From Phototrophicaceae bacterium (GTDB taxonomy: Bacteria; Chloroflexota; Anaerolineae; Aggregatilineales; Phototrophicaceae): 64,000 nt of DNA. The notes under the pieces are model-generated. The model searched no databases and was not told the origin of the DNA. It was given only the letters and a program-made list of their open reading frames with translations. Of the stretch, positions 9,772 through 21,313 are shown in pieces. How positions within the stretch are numbered: position 1 is the stretch's first letter; each line of letters starts with the position of its first letter. Made by a program: the position numbers and the translations under genes. The stretch covers positions 2,873,388 through 2,937,387 of the forward strand of contig OZ253488.1 of assembly GCA_965261855.1 (NCBI GenBank), written 5' to 3'.

Positions 9772-10314
9772 CTAGTTTTCCTGGAAAGGCATGCCGAGCA
9801 GCGAAAGCAGCCGGCGCCCCTCTTCATCGGTTTTTGCCGTGGTGACAATCGTCACTTCCATGCCACGCACCTTGTCAATCTTATCGAAATCAATCTCTGG
9901 AAAGACGAGCTGTTCCCGCAAGCCAACTGTCAGATTGCCTCGCCCATCAAGCTTTGCCGTTACCCCGCGAAAATCGCGAATACGAGGCAAGGCAATATTC
10001 ACCAGGCGATCATAAAGCGACCACATCCGCTCCTTGCGCAAGGTCACCTTCGCGCCGATTGCCCGCCCTTCACGTAATTTGTAGGTGGCGATGCTCTTCT
10101 TCGCTTTGGTGACCACCGGCTGCTGCCCGGTGATGACCTTCAAATCCTCAACCGCGCCATCCAGCGACCGAGGCTCGTCAATCGCCTCGCCGACGCCGAT
10201 ATTCAGTGTGATTTTGCTAATCGTCGGCACTTGCATCCGGTTCTTATAACCGAACTCGTCGGTCAGTGTCGGCACGACCTCTTCCAGATAGCGGGTGTAC
10301 ATTCTGTTTTCCAC
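9772..10314 (-). CDS. rplE: 50S ribosomal protein L5 (uL5)
   Basis: 180 aa, [20 protein letters not shown] block. Confidence 0.95.
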   Translation of the reverse strand: MENRMYTRYLEEVVPTLTDEFGYKNRMQVPTISKITLNIGVGEAIDEPRSLDGAVEDLKVITGQQPVVTKAKKSIATYKLREGRAIGAKVTLRKERMWSLYDRLVNIALPRIRDFRGVTAKLDGRGNLTVGLREQLVFPEIDFDKIDKVRGMEVTIVTTAKTDEEGRRLLSLLGMPFQEN

Positions 10315-10330
10315 GTTTCGCCTCGCTCCG

Positions 10331-10657
10331 CTACTCGATTATGCTGCCGCTCTTTTTGCTGTAGCGCACCTTGCGCCCGTCATCGGTGAAGCGAAAGCCG
10401 ACCCGCGTCCGCTCATCGGTGTCCGGGCAGACCAGCATCACATTCGAAAGGTGCAAAGGCGCCTCAAACTCGATGATCTGCGCCGGGATCTGCTGCCCGC
10501 CAGGCGCCGGCCGCGCTTTGCGGTGGCGCTTCATGATATTGACGCCGTTTACAATGACGCGATTCTGCTTCACCAAAACACGAACGACCTCGCCGCGCAG
10601 ACCCTTGTCCTTGCCGGCGATCACTTCTACCAGGTCGCCTTGCTGCACTCTTTGCAT
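10331..10657 (-). CDS. rplX: 50S ribosomal protein L24 (uL24)
   Basis: 108 aa, [21 protein letters not shown] motif. Confidence 0.95.
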   Translation of the reverse strand: MQRVQQGDLVEVIAGKDKGLRGEVVRVLVKQNRVIVNGVNIMKRHRKARPAPGGQQIPAQIIEFEAPLHLSNVMLVCPDTDERTRVGFRFTDDGRKVRYSKKSGSIIE

Positions 10658-10670
10658 TTCAGCACCTCAC

Positions 10671-11042
10671 CTATAACGTCTCCGGCGCCAGCGACACGAT
10701 CTTCATAAAACCCTTGTCGCGCAATTCACGCGCCACCGGTCCAAAGACGCGCGTCCCCCGCGGGTTCTCAAGATCCTCGGCCAGAACCACCGCCGCATTA
10801 TCATCGAAGCGAATCGTCGAGCCGTCATTGCGCCGATATTCTTTATGCGTCCGCACGATGACCGCGCGTACGAGCTCGCCCTTTTTGACGCCGCCGCTCG
10901 TGCTAGCCGATTTCACTGAGCCCACAACGATATCGCCTACATAACCGTACTTCACCTTGGAGCCACCCAAGACGCGGATGACCAACAATTCCTGAGCGCC
11001 GCTGTTGTCGGCTATCTTCAGGCGCGATTCGGTTTGAATCAT
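10671..11042 (-). CDS. rplN: 50S ribosomal protein L14 (uL14)
   Basis: 123 aa, [28 protein letters not shown]. Confidence 0.96.
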   Translation of the reverse strand: MIQTESRLKIADNSGAQELLVIRVLGGSKVKYGYVGDIVVGSVKSASTSGGVKKGELVRAVIVRTHKEYRRNDGSTIRFDDNAAVVLAEDLENPRGTRVFGPVARELRDKGFMKIVSLAPETL

Positions 11043-11085
11043 CGTTTTTCCTCTCCCATTTACAACCGGCGACTGCCGCGCTAGC

Positions 11086-11346
11086 TCAGGTCGCCAGCTG
11101 TTCCGCGCCTTCCAATACCGCTTCCACTACCCAGCGCTTGCGCTTGCTCAGTGGGCGGCTCTGCACGATGCGCACCACCGCGCCAATGCCGACGCCCGTC
11201 TCATCATGGGCCATGACTTTCCTGGTCGACGACACCACCTTGTGATACACCGGGTGCATCTTGCGGTTCTCAATCGCCACAACCACCGTCTTGTCCATTT
11301 TGTCACTTACGATCCTGCCCACCAGGCGTTTGCGATTATTCGGCAT
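11086..11346 (-). CDS. rpsQ: 30S ribosomal protein S17 (uS17)
   Basis: [22 protein letters not shown]; ATG 11346 preceded by GGGGGAG SD. Confidence 0.93.
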   Translation of the reverse strand: MPNNRKRLVGRIVSDKMDKTVVVAIENRKMHPVYHKVVSSTRKVMAHDETGVGIGAVVRIVQSRPLSKRKRWVVEAVLEGAEQLAT

Positions 11347-11563
11347 TCTCTCCCCCTTCTGCCACAAGTTCCGCCGCCAGCTCGCGCTCGCGCAGCGCCG
11401 TTTTCAACCGCGCGATATCACGCCGGGTCTTGCGAAACAGGGTTGTATCTTTCAGCTCTCCAGATTCCTTCTGGATGCGAAAGGTATACATTTCCACCTT
11501 TAGATCTTCGATCTTGTCCAGGATCTCGTCCGTGGACAGGGCGCGGATTTCATCGATATGCAT
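11336..11563 (-). CDS. rpmC: 50S ribosomal protein L29 (uL29)
   Basis: 75 aa helical protein in the canonical slot between rplP and rpsQ. Confidence 0.9.
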   Translation of the reverse strand: MHIDEIRALSTDEILDKIEDLKVEMYTFRIQKESGELKDTTLFRKTRRDIARLKTALRERELAAELVAEGGENAE

Positions 11564-11997
11564 CAGCTAACCTCCCGCCCGGATATCGGATCGAAGCGCT
11601 TGACGAACTTGGTCTTGATCGGCAGCTTATGCGAAGCCAGCCGCAGCGCTTCCCGCGCGTCATCTTCCGGCACGCCGCTCATCTCGAAGAGGATACGCCC
11701 CGGCTTCACAACGCAGACCCATTTCTCCACCGAGCCCTTGCCCTTGCCCATGCGCGTTTCGGCCGCCTTCTGCGTAACCGGCTTGTCGGGGAAGATGCGT
11801 ATCCAAACCTTGCCGCGCCGGCGGATATAACGCACCATCGCCCGGCGGCAAGCTTCGATCTGTCGGCTGGTGACCCAGCTGGGCTCCAGCGCCTGCAAGC
11901 CGAAATCGCCGAACTGCACCACGGCGCCGCGGCGCGCTTTGCCCCGCATTCGTCCTCGCATCTGCTTGTTATATTTTCTACGTTTCGGCATTAACAT
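11563..11997 (-). CDS. rplP: 50S ribosomal protein L16 (uL16)
   Basis: [21 protein letters not shown] typical start. Confidence 0.96.
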   Translation of the reverse strand: MLMPKRRKYNKQMRGRMRGKARRGAVVQFGDFGLQALEPSWVTSRQIEACRRAMVRYIRRRGKVWIRIFPDKPVTQKAAETRMGKGKGSVEKWVCVVKPGRILFEMSGVPEDDAREALRLASHKLPIKTKFVKRFDPISGREVS

Positions 11998-12024
11998 GGC
12001 TGCTGCTCCTAAAGCCGCGAGGCT

Positions 12025-12723
12025 CTAATTCCGCCGTCTGCGGCGCCCGCCGTGCTCCGCGGGACGCTGCGCCGGGCTGCTGAAGGGATCTTCACCCGGC
12101 AGAATATCGCCTTTGTAAATCCAAACCTTGACGCCGATCTGCCCAAATGTCGTCAGCGCTTCGGCGAAGCCATAATCGATATCGGCGCGCAGCGTGTTTC
12201 GCGGCACGCGCCCGTCAAACATCCATTCGCGCCTCGCCATGTCGGAGCCGCCCAGCCGCCCGCTCACCTCGACGCGGATTCCGCCAGCGCCTTGACGCAT
12301 CGCCTGCATGATCGCCCGCTTCATCGCGCGGCTGTGGCCAATCCGCCGCTTCAATTGCGAAGCCACATTCTCAGCAACCAAGGTCGCATCCAGGTCGGGT
12401 CTTTCTATTTCGCTGACCTCTACCTTCACCGTCTTGCCGGTCATCTCTTGCAACTGTTGCCGCAGTTCTTTAACCGCCTCGCCCTTGCGCCCGATGATCA
12501 AACCGGGTCGCACCGTGTTGATTGTAATAATCACTTGGTTCGGATGGCGCTCGATTTCGATGCGAGACACGCCCGCGCGAGTCGTCTTCGCTTTCAAGTA
12601 CTTTCGTATCTTGCGATCTTCCATCAATAGATTGACATAGCGTTCGCCTTCGGCATACCAGCGCGCGTCCCACTCGCGGATGACCTTCAGACGGAAACCC
12701 TTTGGATGAACCTTGCGTCCCAT
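12025..12723 (-). CDS. rpsC: 30S ribosomal protein S3 (uS3)
   Basis: MGRKVHPKGFRLKVIREWDARWYA, KH domain; 232 aa. Confidence 0.96.
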   Translation of the reverse strand: MGRKVHPKGFRLKVIREWDARWYAEGERYVNLLMEDRKIRKYLKAKTTRAGVSRIEIERHPNQVIITINTVRPGLIIGRKGEAVKELRQQLQEMTGKTVKVEVSEIERPDLDATLVAENVASQLKRRIGHSRAMKRAIMQAMRQGAGGIRVEVSGRLGGSDMARREWMFDGRVPRNTLRADIDYGFAEALTTFGQIGVKVWIYKGDILPGEDPFSSPAQRPAEHGGRRRRRN

Positions 12724-13067
12724 TAGTCCTCTTCCTCTCGCTCAGCCAGTATCACCCAAAGGTGCGATTGTCGTTTCAGCCGCGGCTTGTAGCGGCCGCG
12801 AGCGCCCGCCTTAAAACGCTTCAATGTCGGCCCGTCGCCAGCGTAAATCCTCGACACATACATGTCGTCGGGGTTGAGGTCAAAGTTATTAGCTGCATTC
12901 GCCATCGCCGATGACAAGGTCTTGCTGACAAATTCGGAACCCTTCTGCGGCATATAATCCAGCACGATCAAGGCTTCCTGGGCATCCATCCCGCGCACCT
13001 TGTCGCAGACGAGGCGCAGTTTCCGTGGCGAGATCGGCAGATACCGGGTGATTGCGCGTACTTCCAT
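12723..13067 (-). CDS. rplV: 50S ribosomal protein L22 (uL22)
   Basis: 114 aa, ISPRKLRLVCDKVRG block. Confidence 0.95.
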   Translation of the reverse strand: MEVRAITRYLPISPRKLRLVCDKVRGMDAQEALIVLDYMPQKGSEFVSKTLSSAMANAANNFDLNPDDMYVSRIYAGDGPTLKRFKAGARGRYKPRLKRQSHLWVILAEREEED

Positions 13068-13078
13068 CTCTGCTTCCC

Positions 13079-13348
13079 CTATCGTCTGCTATCCGTAATG
13101 TGACCGCGGAAGGTGCGCGTCGGCGCGAACTCGCCGAGCTTGTGCCCGACCATGTTTTCCGTGATATAGATCGGCACATGGCGGCGGCCATCATGCACCG
13201 CAATCGTGTGTCCAACCATTTGCGGGAAGATGGTGCTCGCCCGGCTCCAGGTGCGGATCACCACCTTCTTGTTCTGCTGGTTGAGTCGTTCGATCTTTTC
13301 CAGCAGTTTTGGGCTGACGAAATAACCCTTCTTCAGTGAACGTGACAT
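13079..13348 (-). CDS. rpsS: 30S ribosomal protein S19 (uS19)
   Basis: [19 protein letters not shown]...[16 protein letters not shown]. Confidence 0.96.
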   Translation of the reverse strand: MSRSLKKGYFVSPKLLEKIERLNQQNKKVVIRTWSRASTIFPQMVGHTIAVHDGRRHVPIYITENMVGHKLGEFAPTRTFRGHITDSRR

Positions 13349-13365
13349 GCAATTGTCTCCAGAAT

Positions 13366-14199
13366 CTAACGGCGTTTGCCGCGGCGGCGTATGATGAAGC
13401 GACCGGTGCGCTTGTTGCGGCGCGTACGCACGCCTAACGCTTTCTTGCCCCAGGGCGTTTTTGGCGCCGCCATGCCGATGCCCGACTTACCTTCGCCACC
13501 ACCGTGGGGATGGCTGGCCGGGTCCATCGCCGTGCCGCGAACCGTGGGCCGCCAACCTAGCCAACGCTTGCGGCCCGCCTTGCCCAGCTTTACATTTCCG
13601 TGCTCCGCATTCCCAACCTGACCGATTGTCGCGCGGCAGGCGCCCAAGATCATCCGCATTTCGCCGCTGGGCAGGCGCAATGTTACATACTTGCCCTCGC
13701 TTGCCAGTATCTGCGCCGACGTCCCGGCCGAACGCGCCAACTGCCCGCCTTTGCCCGGGCGCATCTCAATATTGTGCACCACCGTGCCCAGCGGGATGTC
13801 TTTCAGCGCGCGGCTATTCCCCGGGCGCAGCGTGCTCATGGCGCCGTTGCCGATCGTGTCGCCGACCGTCACGCCCATTGGCGCGATGATATAGCTCTTC
13901 TCGCCATCTTCGTATTGCAGCAAGGCGATGCGCGCCGACCGATTTGGATCATATTCGATCGCGACGACCTCGGCGCGGCAGTCTTCCTTATTGCGTTTGA
14001 AGTCGACAAGCCGGTAACGCCGCTTATGCCCGCCGCCACGATGCCGCACCGTGATGCGACCGGAATTGTTGCGGCCGCCCTTCTTGCGCAGCGCCCGCGT
14101 CAACGAACGCTCGGGCTTGCTCTTGGTGATCTCTTCAAATGAATAGCCGGTCATATCGCGGCGACCGGGCGATGTTGGCTTATAAACCTTGATGGGCAT
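13366..14199 (-). CDS. rplB: 50S ribosomal protein L2 (uL2)
   Basis: 277 aa, [19 protein letters not shown] and [14 protein letters not shown] blocks. Confidence 0.97.
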   Translation of the reverse strand: MPIKVYKPTSPGRRDMTGYSFEEITKSKPERSLTRALRKKGGRNNSGRITVRHRGGGHKRRYRLVDFKRNKEDCRAEVVAIEYDPNRSARIALLQYEDGEKSYIIAPMGVTVGDTIGNGAMSTLRPGNSRALKDIPLGTVVHNIEMRPGKGGQLARSAGTSAQILASEGKYVTLRLPSGEMRMILGACRATIGQVGNAEHGNVKLGKAGRKRWLGWRPTVRGTAMDPASHPHGGGEGKSGIGMAAPKTPWGKKALGVRTRRNKRTGRFIIRRRGKRR

Positions 14200-14213
14200 C
14201 GCTCACGCTCCCA

Positions 14214-14516
14214 CTAAACGTTGAACAACTCGATCGTAACGCCCTCTTCCAGCGTGACGACCGCCTTCTTCCAAGCCCGCGATCGAACGTAAGTATTGCG
14301 TCCGCGGCGGCCACGCTTGGCTGGCATCATCATCGTATTCACTTTGACAACCTTGCCCTCCAACTCGAAGATCTCCTCGACCGCTTCCTTGATCTGGATC
14401 TTGTTGGCATTGCGCGCCACTTCAAATACGTACTTATTCTGCGCGTCCGCCATTTCTGTCGACTTTTCCGTGATCACCGGGCGGCGAATGACATCGTATA
14501 AATGAAGTTCCGCCAT
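14214..14516 (-). CDS. rplW: 50S ribosomal protein L23 (uL23)
   Basis: [14 protein letters not shown]; ATG 14516 with GGGAG SD. The ORF-track start 14564 overlaps rplD. Confidence 0.92.
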   Translation of the reverse strand: MAELHLYDVIRRPVITEKSTEMADAQNKYVFEVARNANKIQIKEAVEEIFELEGKVVKVNTMMMPAKRGRRGRNTYVRSRAWKKAVVTLEEGVTIELFNV

Positions 14517-14517
14517 C

Positions 14518-15147
14518 TTACGCTCCCATCCCCCAAATACCCTTAACCACCTCAAGCGCATCAAGGGTGATGATTACCTTGTCGTATCTGAGCAGGTCGC
14601 GCACATTCAGGTAGTTCGCGATAATAGAATGCGCCCGTGGCAGGTTGCTCACGCTCTTGCGCACGATTTGCTGCTCGGCTGTGACCACAATTAGCGCCGA
14701 CTGATCGCCAACCAGCGTCCCGATCAACTCGCGCATTACCCGCGTCTTCGGCGCATCCATCTCTAGCTTGTCCACGATGACCAATTGATCATCCCGCACC
14801 AATGCGCTCAAGGTGGATCGAATCGCGCCACGCCGCATCTTCTTCGGCATCTTCTTGCGATAATTGCGCGGCTTGGGTCCATGCGCCAAACCGCCGCCCA
14901 CGAAAATCGGCGCGCTCTGGGCGCCATGGCGCGCTCGGCCCGTGCCTTTTTGCCGATACCACTTGCCGCCGGTCGCCCGAATCTCGCTGCGCGACAAAGT
15001 GCTGTGCGTTCCTTGACGAGCGTTGGCCATCTGCCGCACGAAAGCTTGATGCATCAAACCCACATTGATCTTCGCTTCGAAAACATCGGACGGCAGCTCA
15101 ACCTGCGATACTTCCCGTCCGGCGCTGTCCATTACTGGAAACTGCAT
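14518..15147 (-). CDS. rplD: 50S ribosomal protein L4 (uL4)
   Basis: 209 aa, [16 protein letters not shown] block. Confidence 0.95.
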   Translation of the reverse strand: MQFPVMDSAGREVSQVELPSDVFEAKINVGLMHQAFVRQMANARQGTHSTLSRSEIRATGGKWYRQKGTGRARHGAQSAPIFVGGGLAHGPKPRNYRKKMPKKMRRGAIRSTLSALVRDDQLVIVDKLEMDAPKTRVMRELIGTLVGDQSALIVVTAEQQIVRKSVSNLPRAHSIIANYLNVRDLLRYDKVIITLDALEVVKGIWGMGA

Positions 15148-15180
15148 GGCGATACTCCTGTCGCTTGCGCCTTGGGCGCC

Positions 15181-15819
15181 CTAGGCGCGTTTTGCCGCCG
15201 GCTTGATCATCACGATGCTGCCCTTGGCGCCGGGCACCGAACCCTTGACCGCCAGCAAGTTCTTATCGGCATCCACCACCACCAGGGGAAGATTCTGCAC
15301 CGTCACGCGGTCGTTGCCCATCCGCCCCGCCATCTTCTTGCCCTTCAGCGTGCGGCCAGGCGTGGCGCACATGCCGATTGAACCAGGCGAACGCATCCGG
15401 TCCGACTGACCGTGCGTCTTGGGCCCGCGCGCGAAACCGTGCCGCTTGATCGTGCCGGCAAAACCCCGTCCTTTGCTGGTGCCAATCACATCGACCAGTT
15501 CGCCCCGCTCGAAAACATCCACCTTGATCTCTTGCCCCTCTTCCACGCCCACATCAGCCGCTTCCGACAAGCGAAACTCGCGAAGATGGCGCAGCGCCGG
15601 CAGGTCCAATTTCTGCAAGTGACCCAACTGCCCCTTGCTCAACCTCTTGGGCTTGGTTTCGCCAAAACCGAGCTGCACGGATACGTAACCGTCCCGCTCT
15701 GCATTGCGGACCTGGGTCACATAGCAGGGTCCCGCCTGTATCACCGTGACCGGAACAACCGTTCCTTTCTCGTCGAATACCTGGGTCATCCCCACTTTTT
15801 TGCCAATCATGCCCTTCAT
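15181..15819 (-). CDS. rplC: 50S ribosomal protein L3 (uL3)
   Basis: MKGMIGKKVGMTQVFDEKG start at ATG 15819 with GGAGA SD. Confidence 0.94.
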   Translation of the reverse strand: MKGMIGKKVGMTQVFDEKGTVVPVTVIQAGPCYVTQVRNAERDGYVSVQLGFGETKPKRLSKGQLGHLQKLDLPALRHLREFRLSEAADVGVEEGQEIKVDVFERGELVDVIGTSKGRGFAGTIKRHGFARGPKTHGQSDRMRSPGSIGMCATPGRTLKGKKMAGRMGNDRVTVQNLPLVVVDADKNLLAVKGSVPGAKGSIVMIKPAAKRA

Positions 15820-15989
15820 GATTTCGTCTCCACTTAGGTGAACACGCCCTGAACGCTGTCGAAGTTCACCCCTCTGTCTCACCACCATGCTCGCGAATGG
15901 AAGCCAGGCACCCCGCCCGGATTCGCGGAATGATTACCCGCTCCGCCCTTCATTCGCGCGATCGCTATCGTATTGCCCCGCCGGCCATC

Positions 15990-16298
15990 CTAAATCTTGA
16001 TTTCGATATCGACGCCAGCCGGCAGATTCAAGCGCATTAGCGTGTCGATGGTCTTGCTGTCAGGCTCCAGCACGTCAATCAAGCGCTTGTGCGTCCGTAC
16101 TTCAAAATGCTCTTGCGAATCCTTGTCGATGAATGGCGAACGCCTGACCGTGAATCGTTCAATCCGAGTCGGCAAGGGCACAGGACCCACCACTCGCGAG
16201 CCGGTCCGCTCAGCCGTATCCACAATGCGCTGCGCCGATTGATCAAGCACGCGGTGGTCGTAAGCCTTCAGCCGGATACGAATCTTGTTTTTTGCCAT
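15990..16298 (-). CDS. rpsJ: 30S ribosomal protein S10 (uS10)
   Basis: 102 aa, [17 protein letters not shown]...GPVPLPT. Confidence 0.96.
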   Translation of the reverse strand: MAKNKIRIRLKAYDHRVLDQSAQRIVDTAERTGSRVVGPVPLPTRIERFTVRRSPFIDKDSQEHFEVRTHKRLIDVLEPDSKTIDTLMRLNLPAGVDIEIKI

Positions 16299-16328
16299 TT
16301 CGCAACCTTTGTTTGCCCAGTCAATTCA

Positions 16329-16365
16329 TCGGTGGCAATCGATAAGCCGATCCAATTGCCACCGA
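16329..16365 (-). promoter_or_regulatory. Perfect 11-bp hairpin in the tuf-rpsJ spacer (attenuator / S10-leader-like structure, function unknown)
   Basis: TCGGTGGCAAT-(15 nt)-ATTGCCACCGA, no following U-tract, in an 81-nt spacer. Confidence 0.3.
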
Positions 16366-16379
16366 CTCATCAGACTGAG

Positions 16380-17579
<1,200 letters not shown>

Positions 17580-17660
17580 CTTACAATCCCTCTGCTTAAC
17601 TCCGTGATTTGAAATGAATTTCGCGAACGAGAACTGCTGACGGGAGCGTCCCGCCATCTT

Positions 17661-19760
17661 CTACCGCGCTCCGGATTTCACCGCCTCGGCGATTACTTCC
17701 GGCGCGACCGTATACGTATCAAACTCCATGCTAAAGTTGCCGCGGCCCTGCGTGTTGTTGCGCAGGTCATTGGCATAACCAAACATCTCGCCCAATGGCA
17801 CTTGCGCCTTAATCACCGAGATGCCATCGCTGTGCGGCTCCATACCCTGTATGACACCGCGCCGCGCCGAAATATCGCCCACCACCGCGCCGGTATAACC
17901 ATCAGGCACGACGATTTCCACACTCATCGACGGCTCCAAAATGACCGGACCGCCCTTCTGAATGCCTTCTTTCAGGCACATCGATCCGGCAATGGTGAAG
18001 GCGATTTCGCTGGAATCCACCTCGTGATAGGCCCCATCGATCAACGTCGCCTTGACATCCACCACCGGATAACCGGCGATGACGCCCCCCTGCATCGCTT
18101 GCCTGGCGCCTTTTCGCACCGCCGGGATAAACTCCTTGGGTATCGCCCCGCCGCGGATGGCGTCCACAAACAGAAACTCGCCATCAGCATCCTCGACTTC
18201 ATCGGCCGGCAGCGGCTCAAAGCGCATCGTGCAGCGCGCGTACTGACCAGCGCCGCCCGTCTGTCGCCTGAAGGTCGTGTCGATTTCCACCATGCGTGTA
18301 ATCGTTTCTCGGTAAGCCACTCGCGGTCGCCCTACGCGCGCATCGACGCCGTATTCGCGCATCAGACGGTCGACCAGCACTTCCAGGTGCAACTCGCCCA
18401 TGCCCTTGATCTTGGTCTGACCCAATTGGTCGTCGACTTCCACCTGAAAAGTTGGATCTTCTTCCGCCAGCCGGCGCAAACCGATACCCATCTTGTCTTG
18501 GTCAGCTTTGGTGTTGGGTTCGATGGCGACTTCGACCACCGGCGCCGGAAAGCTGATATTCTCCAGCAAAACCGGGCTGTTCTGCGCGCTCAGCGTATCG
18601 CCGGTAAAGGTCTCCTTCATCCCAATGACGGCGGCGATATCGCCCGCGTGCACCTCTTTGACATCCTCGCGGCGGTCGGCGAACATACGCACAATCCGCC
18701 CAATCCGCTCACGACGCCCGTTGGCGGTATTCAGCACCATCGTGCCCGCTTTCAGTACGCCAGAGTAAACGCGTGTGAAAGCCAAACGGCCGTAGGGATC
18801 GGAGACGATCTTGAACACCAGCGCCGCCAGGGGCTCATCATCGCTGGCGCGCCGCACGAGGGCGCTGCCATCTTTGGGATGCTCGCCGGTGACCGGCGGG
18901 ATATCCAGCGGCGACGGCAGCAGCGCCACCACCATATTCAACAGCGCTTGCACACCCTTGTTCTTCAAAGCCGCGCCGCAAAGCACTGGATGCAGTTCAC
19001 CCGTTATCGTGCCGGAGCGCAGCGCCTCCACAATCTCCTCGTTGGTAATCCTCTCTTCTTCGAGAAACTTCATCATCAGATACTCGTCATGTTCGACGAT
19101 CTTTTCGATCATCTCTTCACGACGGGTTTCCGCCATTTCCCGGTGGCTTTCCGGTATCGCATGGGTTCTGATATCGGTGCCTTCATCGTTGCCGTAAGTA
19201 ATCAACTCCATCTTGAGCAAATCTATGATGCCTTCAAAGTTCTCGCCGCTGCCGTAGGGCACCTGAACCACGACCGGGTTGGCATTCAGCCGATCCACCA
19301 TCATGTTGACGCAGCGGTCGAAATCCGCGCCGATTCGATCCATTTTGTTCACGAAGCATAGACGCGGCACATTGTATTCCGAGGCTTGCCGCCAAACCGT
19401 TTCCGATTGCGGCTCCACGCCGGCAACGCTGTCGAATACGGTGATGCCGCCGTCCAGCACGCGAAGGCTTCGCTGCACCTCGGCCGTAAAATCAACGTGA
19501 CCGGGCGTATCGATGATGTTAATTTGGTGATCGTCCCAGCTGGCGGTCACCGCCGCCGATGTAATGGTGATGCCGCGCTCGCGCTCCTGTTCCATATAAT
19601 CCGTCGTCGCCGAGCCTTCGTGCGTCTCGCCAATGCGGTGTACCATGCCCGTGTAATAGAGCACGCGCTCGGTGACGGTCGTCTTTCCGGCGTCAATATG
19701 GGCTATGATTCCGATATTTCGGACTTTGTTGAGATCAATGCCAGCGTTGGATTCAGCCAT
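17661..19760 (-). CDS. fusA: Elongation factor G
   Basis: [15 protein letters not shown]1 motif, about 699 aa; ATG 19760. Confidence 0.97.
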   Translation of the reverse strand: MAESNAGIDLNKVRNIGIIAHIDAGKTTVTERVLYYTGMVHRIGETHEGSATTDYMEQERERGITITSAAVTASWDDHQINIIDTPGHVDFTAEVQRSLRVLDGGITVFDSVAGVEPQSETVWRQASEYNVPRLCFVNKMDRIGADFDRCVNMMVDRLNANPVVVQVPYGSGENFEGIIDLLKMELITYGNDEGTDIRTHAIPESHREMAETRREEMIEKIVEHDEYLMMKFLEEERITNEEIVEALRSGTITGELHPVLCGAALKNKGVQALLNMVVALLPSPLDIPPVTGEHPKDGSALVRRASDDEPLAALVFKIVSDPYGRLAFTRVYSGVLKAGTMVLNTANGRRERIGRIVRMFADRREDVKEVHAGDIAAVIGMKETFTGDTLSAQNSPVLLENISFPAPVVEVAIEPNTKADQDKMGIGLRRLAEEDPTFQVEVDDQLGQTKIKGMGELHLEVLVDRLMREYGVDARVGRPRVAYRETITRMVEIDTTFRRQTGGAGQYARCTMRFEPLPADEVEDADGEFLFVDAIRGGAIPKEFIPAVRKGARQAMQGGVIAGYPVVDVKATLIDGAYHEVDSSEIAFTIAGSMCLKEGIQKGGPVILEPSMSVEIVVPDGYTGAVVGDISARRGVIQGMEPHSDGISVIKAQVPLGEMFGYANDLRNNTQGRGNFSMEFDTYTVAPEVIAEAVKSGAR

Positions 19761-19809
19761 TATTCTTTCACTTCCCAAGCTCCGCGCTCGGGATCACACG
19801 CTCAGTCCG

Positions 19810-20277
19810 CTAACGAAAATGCGCGAAGGCGCGGTTCGCCTCCGCCATCCGATGTGTTTCATCCTTGCGGCGGATAGCGCTGCCCTGGCCGTTATACGCG
19901 TCAACCAATTCGTTGGTCAGCTTTTCCGCCATGCTTCGGCCATTTCGATCGCGCGCGAATTGAATCAGCCAGCGCATCGCCAAGGTGATGCCGCGTTCAT
20001 GCGAAACATCAATCGGCACCTGATAAGTCGAGCCGCCAACGCGCTTCGGCTTGACTTCAACGGCAGGCGCCACATTGCGGATCGCCATCTCAAATACCTC
20101 TACCGGATCTTTCCTCGTGCGCTCGCCCATCGCCTCCAGGGCATCGTACATAATCCGCGTTGCCACACTCTTCTTGCCGCCACGCATCATGCGATTGATG
20201 AACATCGCCACATGAAGATTGCCGTATTTGACATCGGGCGGCGGTATCCGCTTGGGCGGGCGATTTCTTCTCGGCAT
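19810..20277 (-). CDS. rpsG: 30S ribosomal protein S7 (uS7)
   Basis: 155 aa, MPRRNRPPKRIPPPDVKYGN. Confidence 0.96.
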   Translation of the reverse strand: MPRRNRPPKRIPPPDVKYGNLHVAMFINRMMRGGKKSVATRIMYDALEAMGERTRKDPVEVFEMAIRNVAPAVEVKPKRVGGSTYQVPIDVSHERGITLAMRWLIQFARDRNGRSMAEKLTNELVDAYNGQGSAIRRKDETHRMAEANRAFAHFR

Positions 20278-20374
20278 CTTATGGCTCCTTCACACGCAAC
20301 TCATCTGCTCACAGAGCCGCAGCTCCTGCTTGATACGATTGCCAGCGGAAAGCGATTGCGCCGACCTCTCACGA

Positions 20375-20791
20375 TTACTTGGAACGCTTGGTTCCGTATT
20401 TGCTGCGTCCCTGCTCGCGGCCATCGACGCCGCTGGTATCCAAGGTGCCGCGAACGATGTGGTAGCGAACACCCGGCAGATCCTTGACGCGGCCGCCGCG
20501 CACGAGTACAACGCTGTGCTCCTGCAGGTTGTGACCCTCGCCACCGATATAGGCGGAGACCTCGATTCCATTGGTCAGGCGCACGCGCGCCACCTTGCGC
20601 AATGCCGAATTGGGTTTCTTCGGCGTCATTGTTTTGACTTGCGTACATACGCCTCGCTTCTGTGGCGCGCCTTTTTGCTGACGCGAGCGCCGCTGCTTTA
20701 AGGCATTAAAGGTATATTGCAGCGCTGGCGCTTTATTCTTCTTGCCCTTGGATTTGCGCCCTTTGCGCACCAACTGATTAATTGTGGGCAT
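20375..20791 (-). CDS. rpsL: 30S ribosomal protein S12 (uS12)
   Basis: [13 protein letters not shown]...[11 protein letters not shown]; 138 aa. Confidence 0.97.
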   Translation of the reverse strand: MPTINQLVRKGRKSKGKKNKAPALQYTFNALKQRRSRQQKGAPQKRGVCTQVKTMTPKKPNSALRKVARVRLTNGIEVSAYIGGEGHNLQEHSVVLVRGGRVKDLPGVRYHIVRGTLDTSGVDGREQGRSKYGTKRSK

Positions 20792-20982
20792 GGCTTTCTC
20801 CGAAATCCCCTACGAGCTGCGCTCCGCTTTCAGACATGCAAACAGGCGCACATGAGGACGCCCATTTTCTCTTTCGCTCATGGCGAGACACCCTACAGCC
20901 GTAAAGCACTTTCGCCATATCTGCTCAGTTCAGCCCGCAGCGCCTCCACGAAAGAGGTTGCTGGCTGCGAGTGCAACGGCGC

Positions 20983-21011
20983 ATATTATCAACTGCCCAT
21001 TAGATTGTCAA
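20983..21011 (-). promoter_or_regulatory. Near-consensus sigma70 promoter of the str operon
   Basis: Minus strand TTGACA-17 nt-TAATAT, implying a ~185-nt rpsL leader. Confidence 0.55.
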
Positions 21012-21091
21012 GACATTTCTCGCCGGATCGCCCAGATTCACCTTGCGCCTGAATGTTCGATTCGATTTACCTAACGGCGCCTTCGTCGAAA

Positions 21092-21218
21092 GTGTGGACA
21101 CTCGCCCGTCTGTCTATACTTGTCGCCAAAATGCAGTCTGTAGGGACGAGACTTGTCTCGCCCTTCGCCGCGGCCAAACCCACCCCGACCGACAGTGTCG
21201 GCGGTCAGTGTCTACGCG
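21092..21218. repeat. MITE-like repeat element E1 (inverted GT(A/G)GACACT ends, internal GTAGGG-CGAGAC hairpin)
   Basis: Left end GTGTGGACACTCGCC and right end CGGCGGTCAGTGTCTACGCG are inverted. The internal hairpin 21140-21163 is near-identical to 60952-60975. The 20-nt right end is identical to 61100-61119. Confidence 0.55.
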
Positions 21219-21313
21219 TCCTAGGCGGCGCGGGCTACTGTAGTAAAACCCTCGCGTAGGAATTCTCGGCGTCCTCAATCAAACTCTGTGCTCTCAGTGG
21301 TAAAACATGTGGG

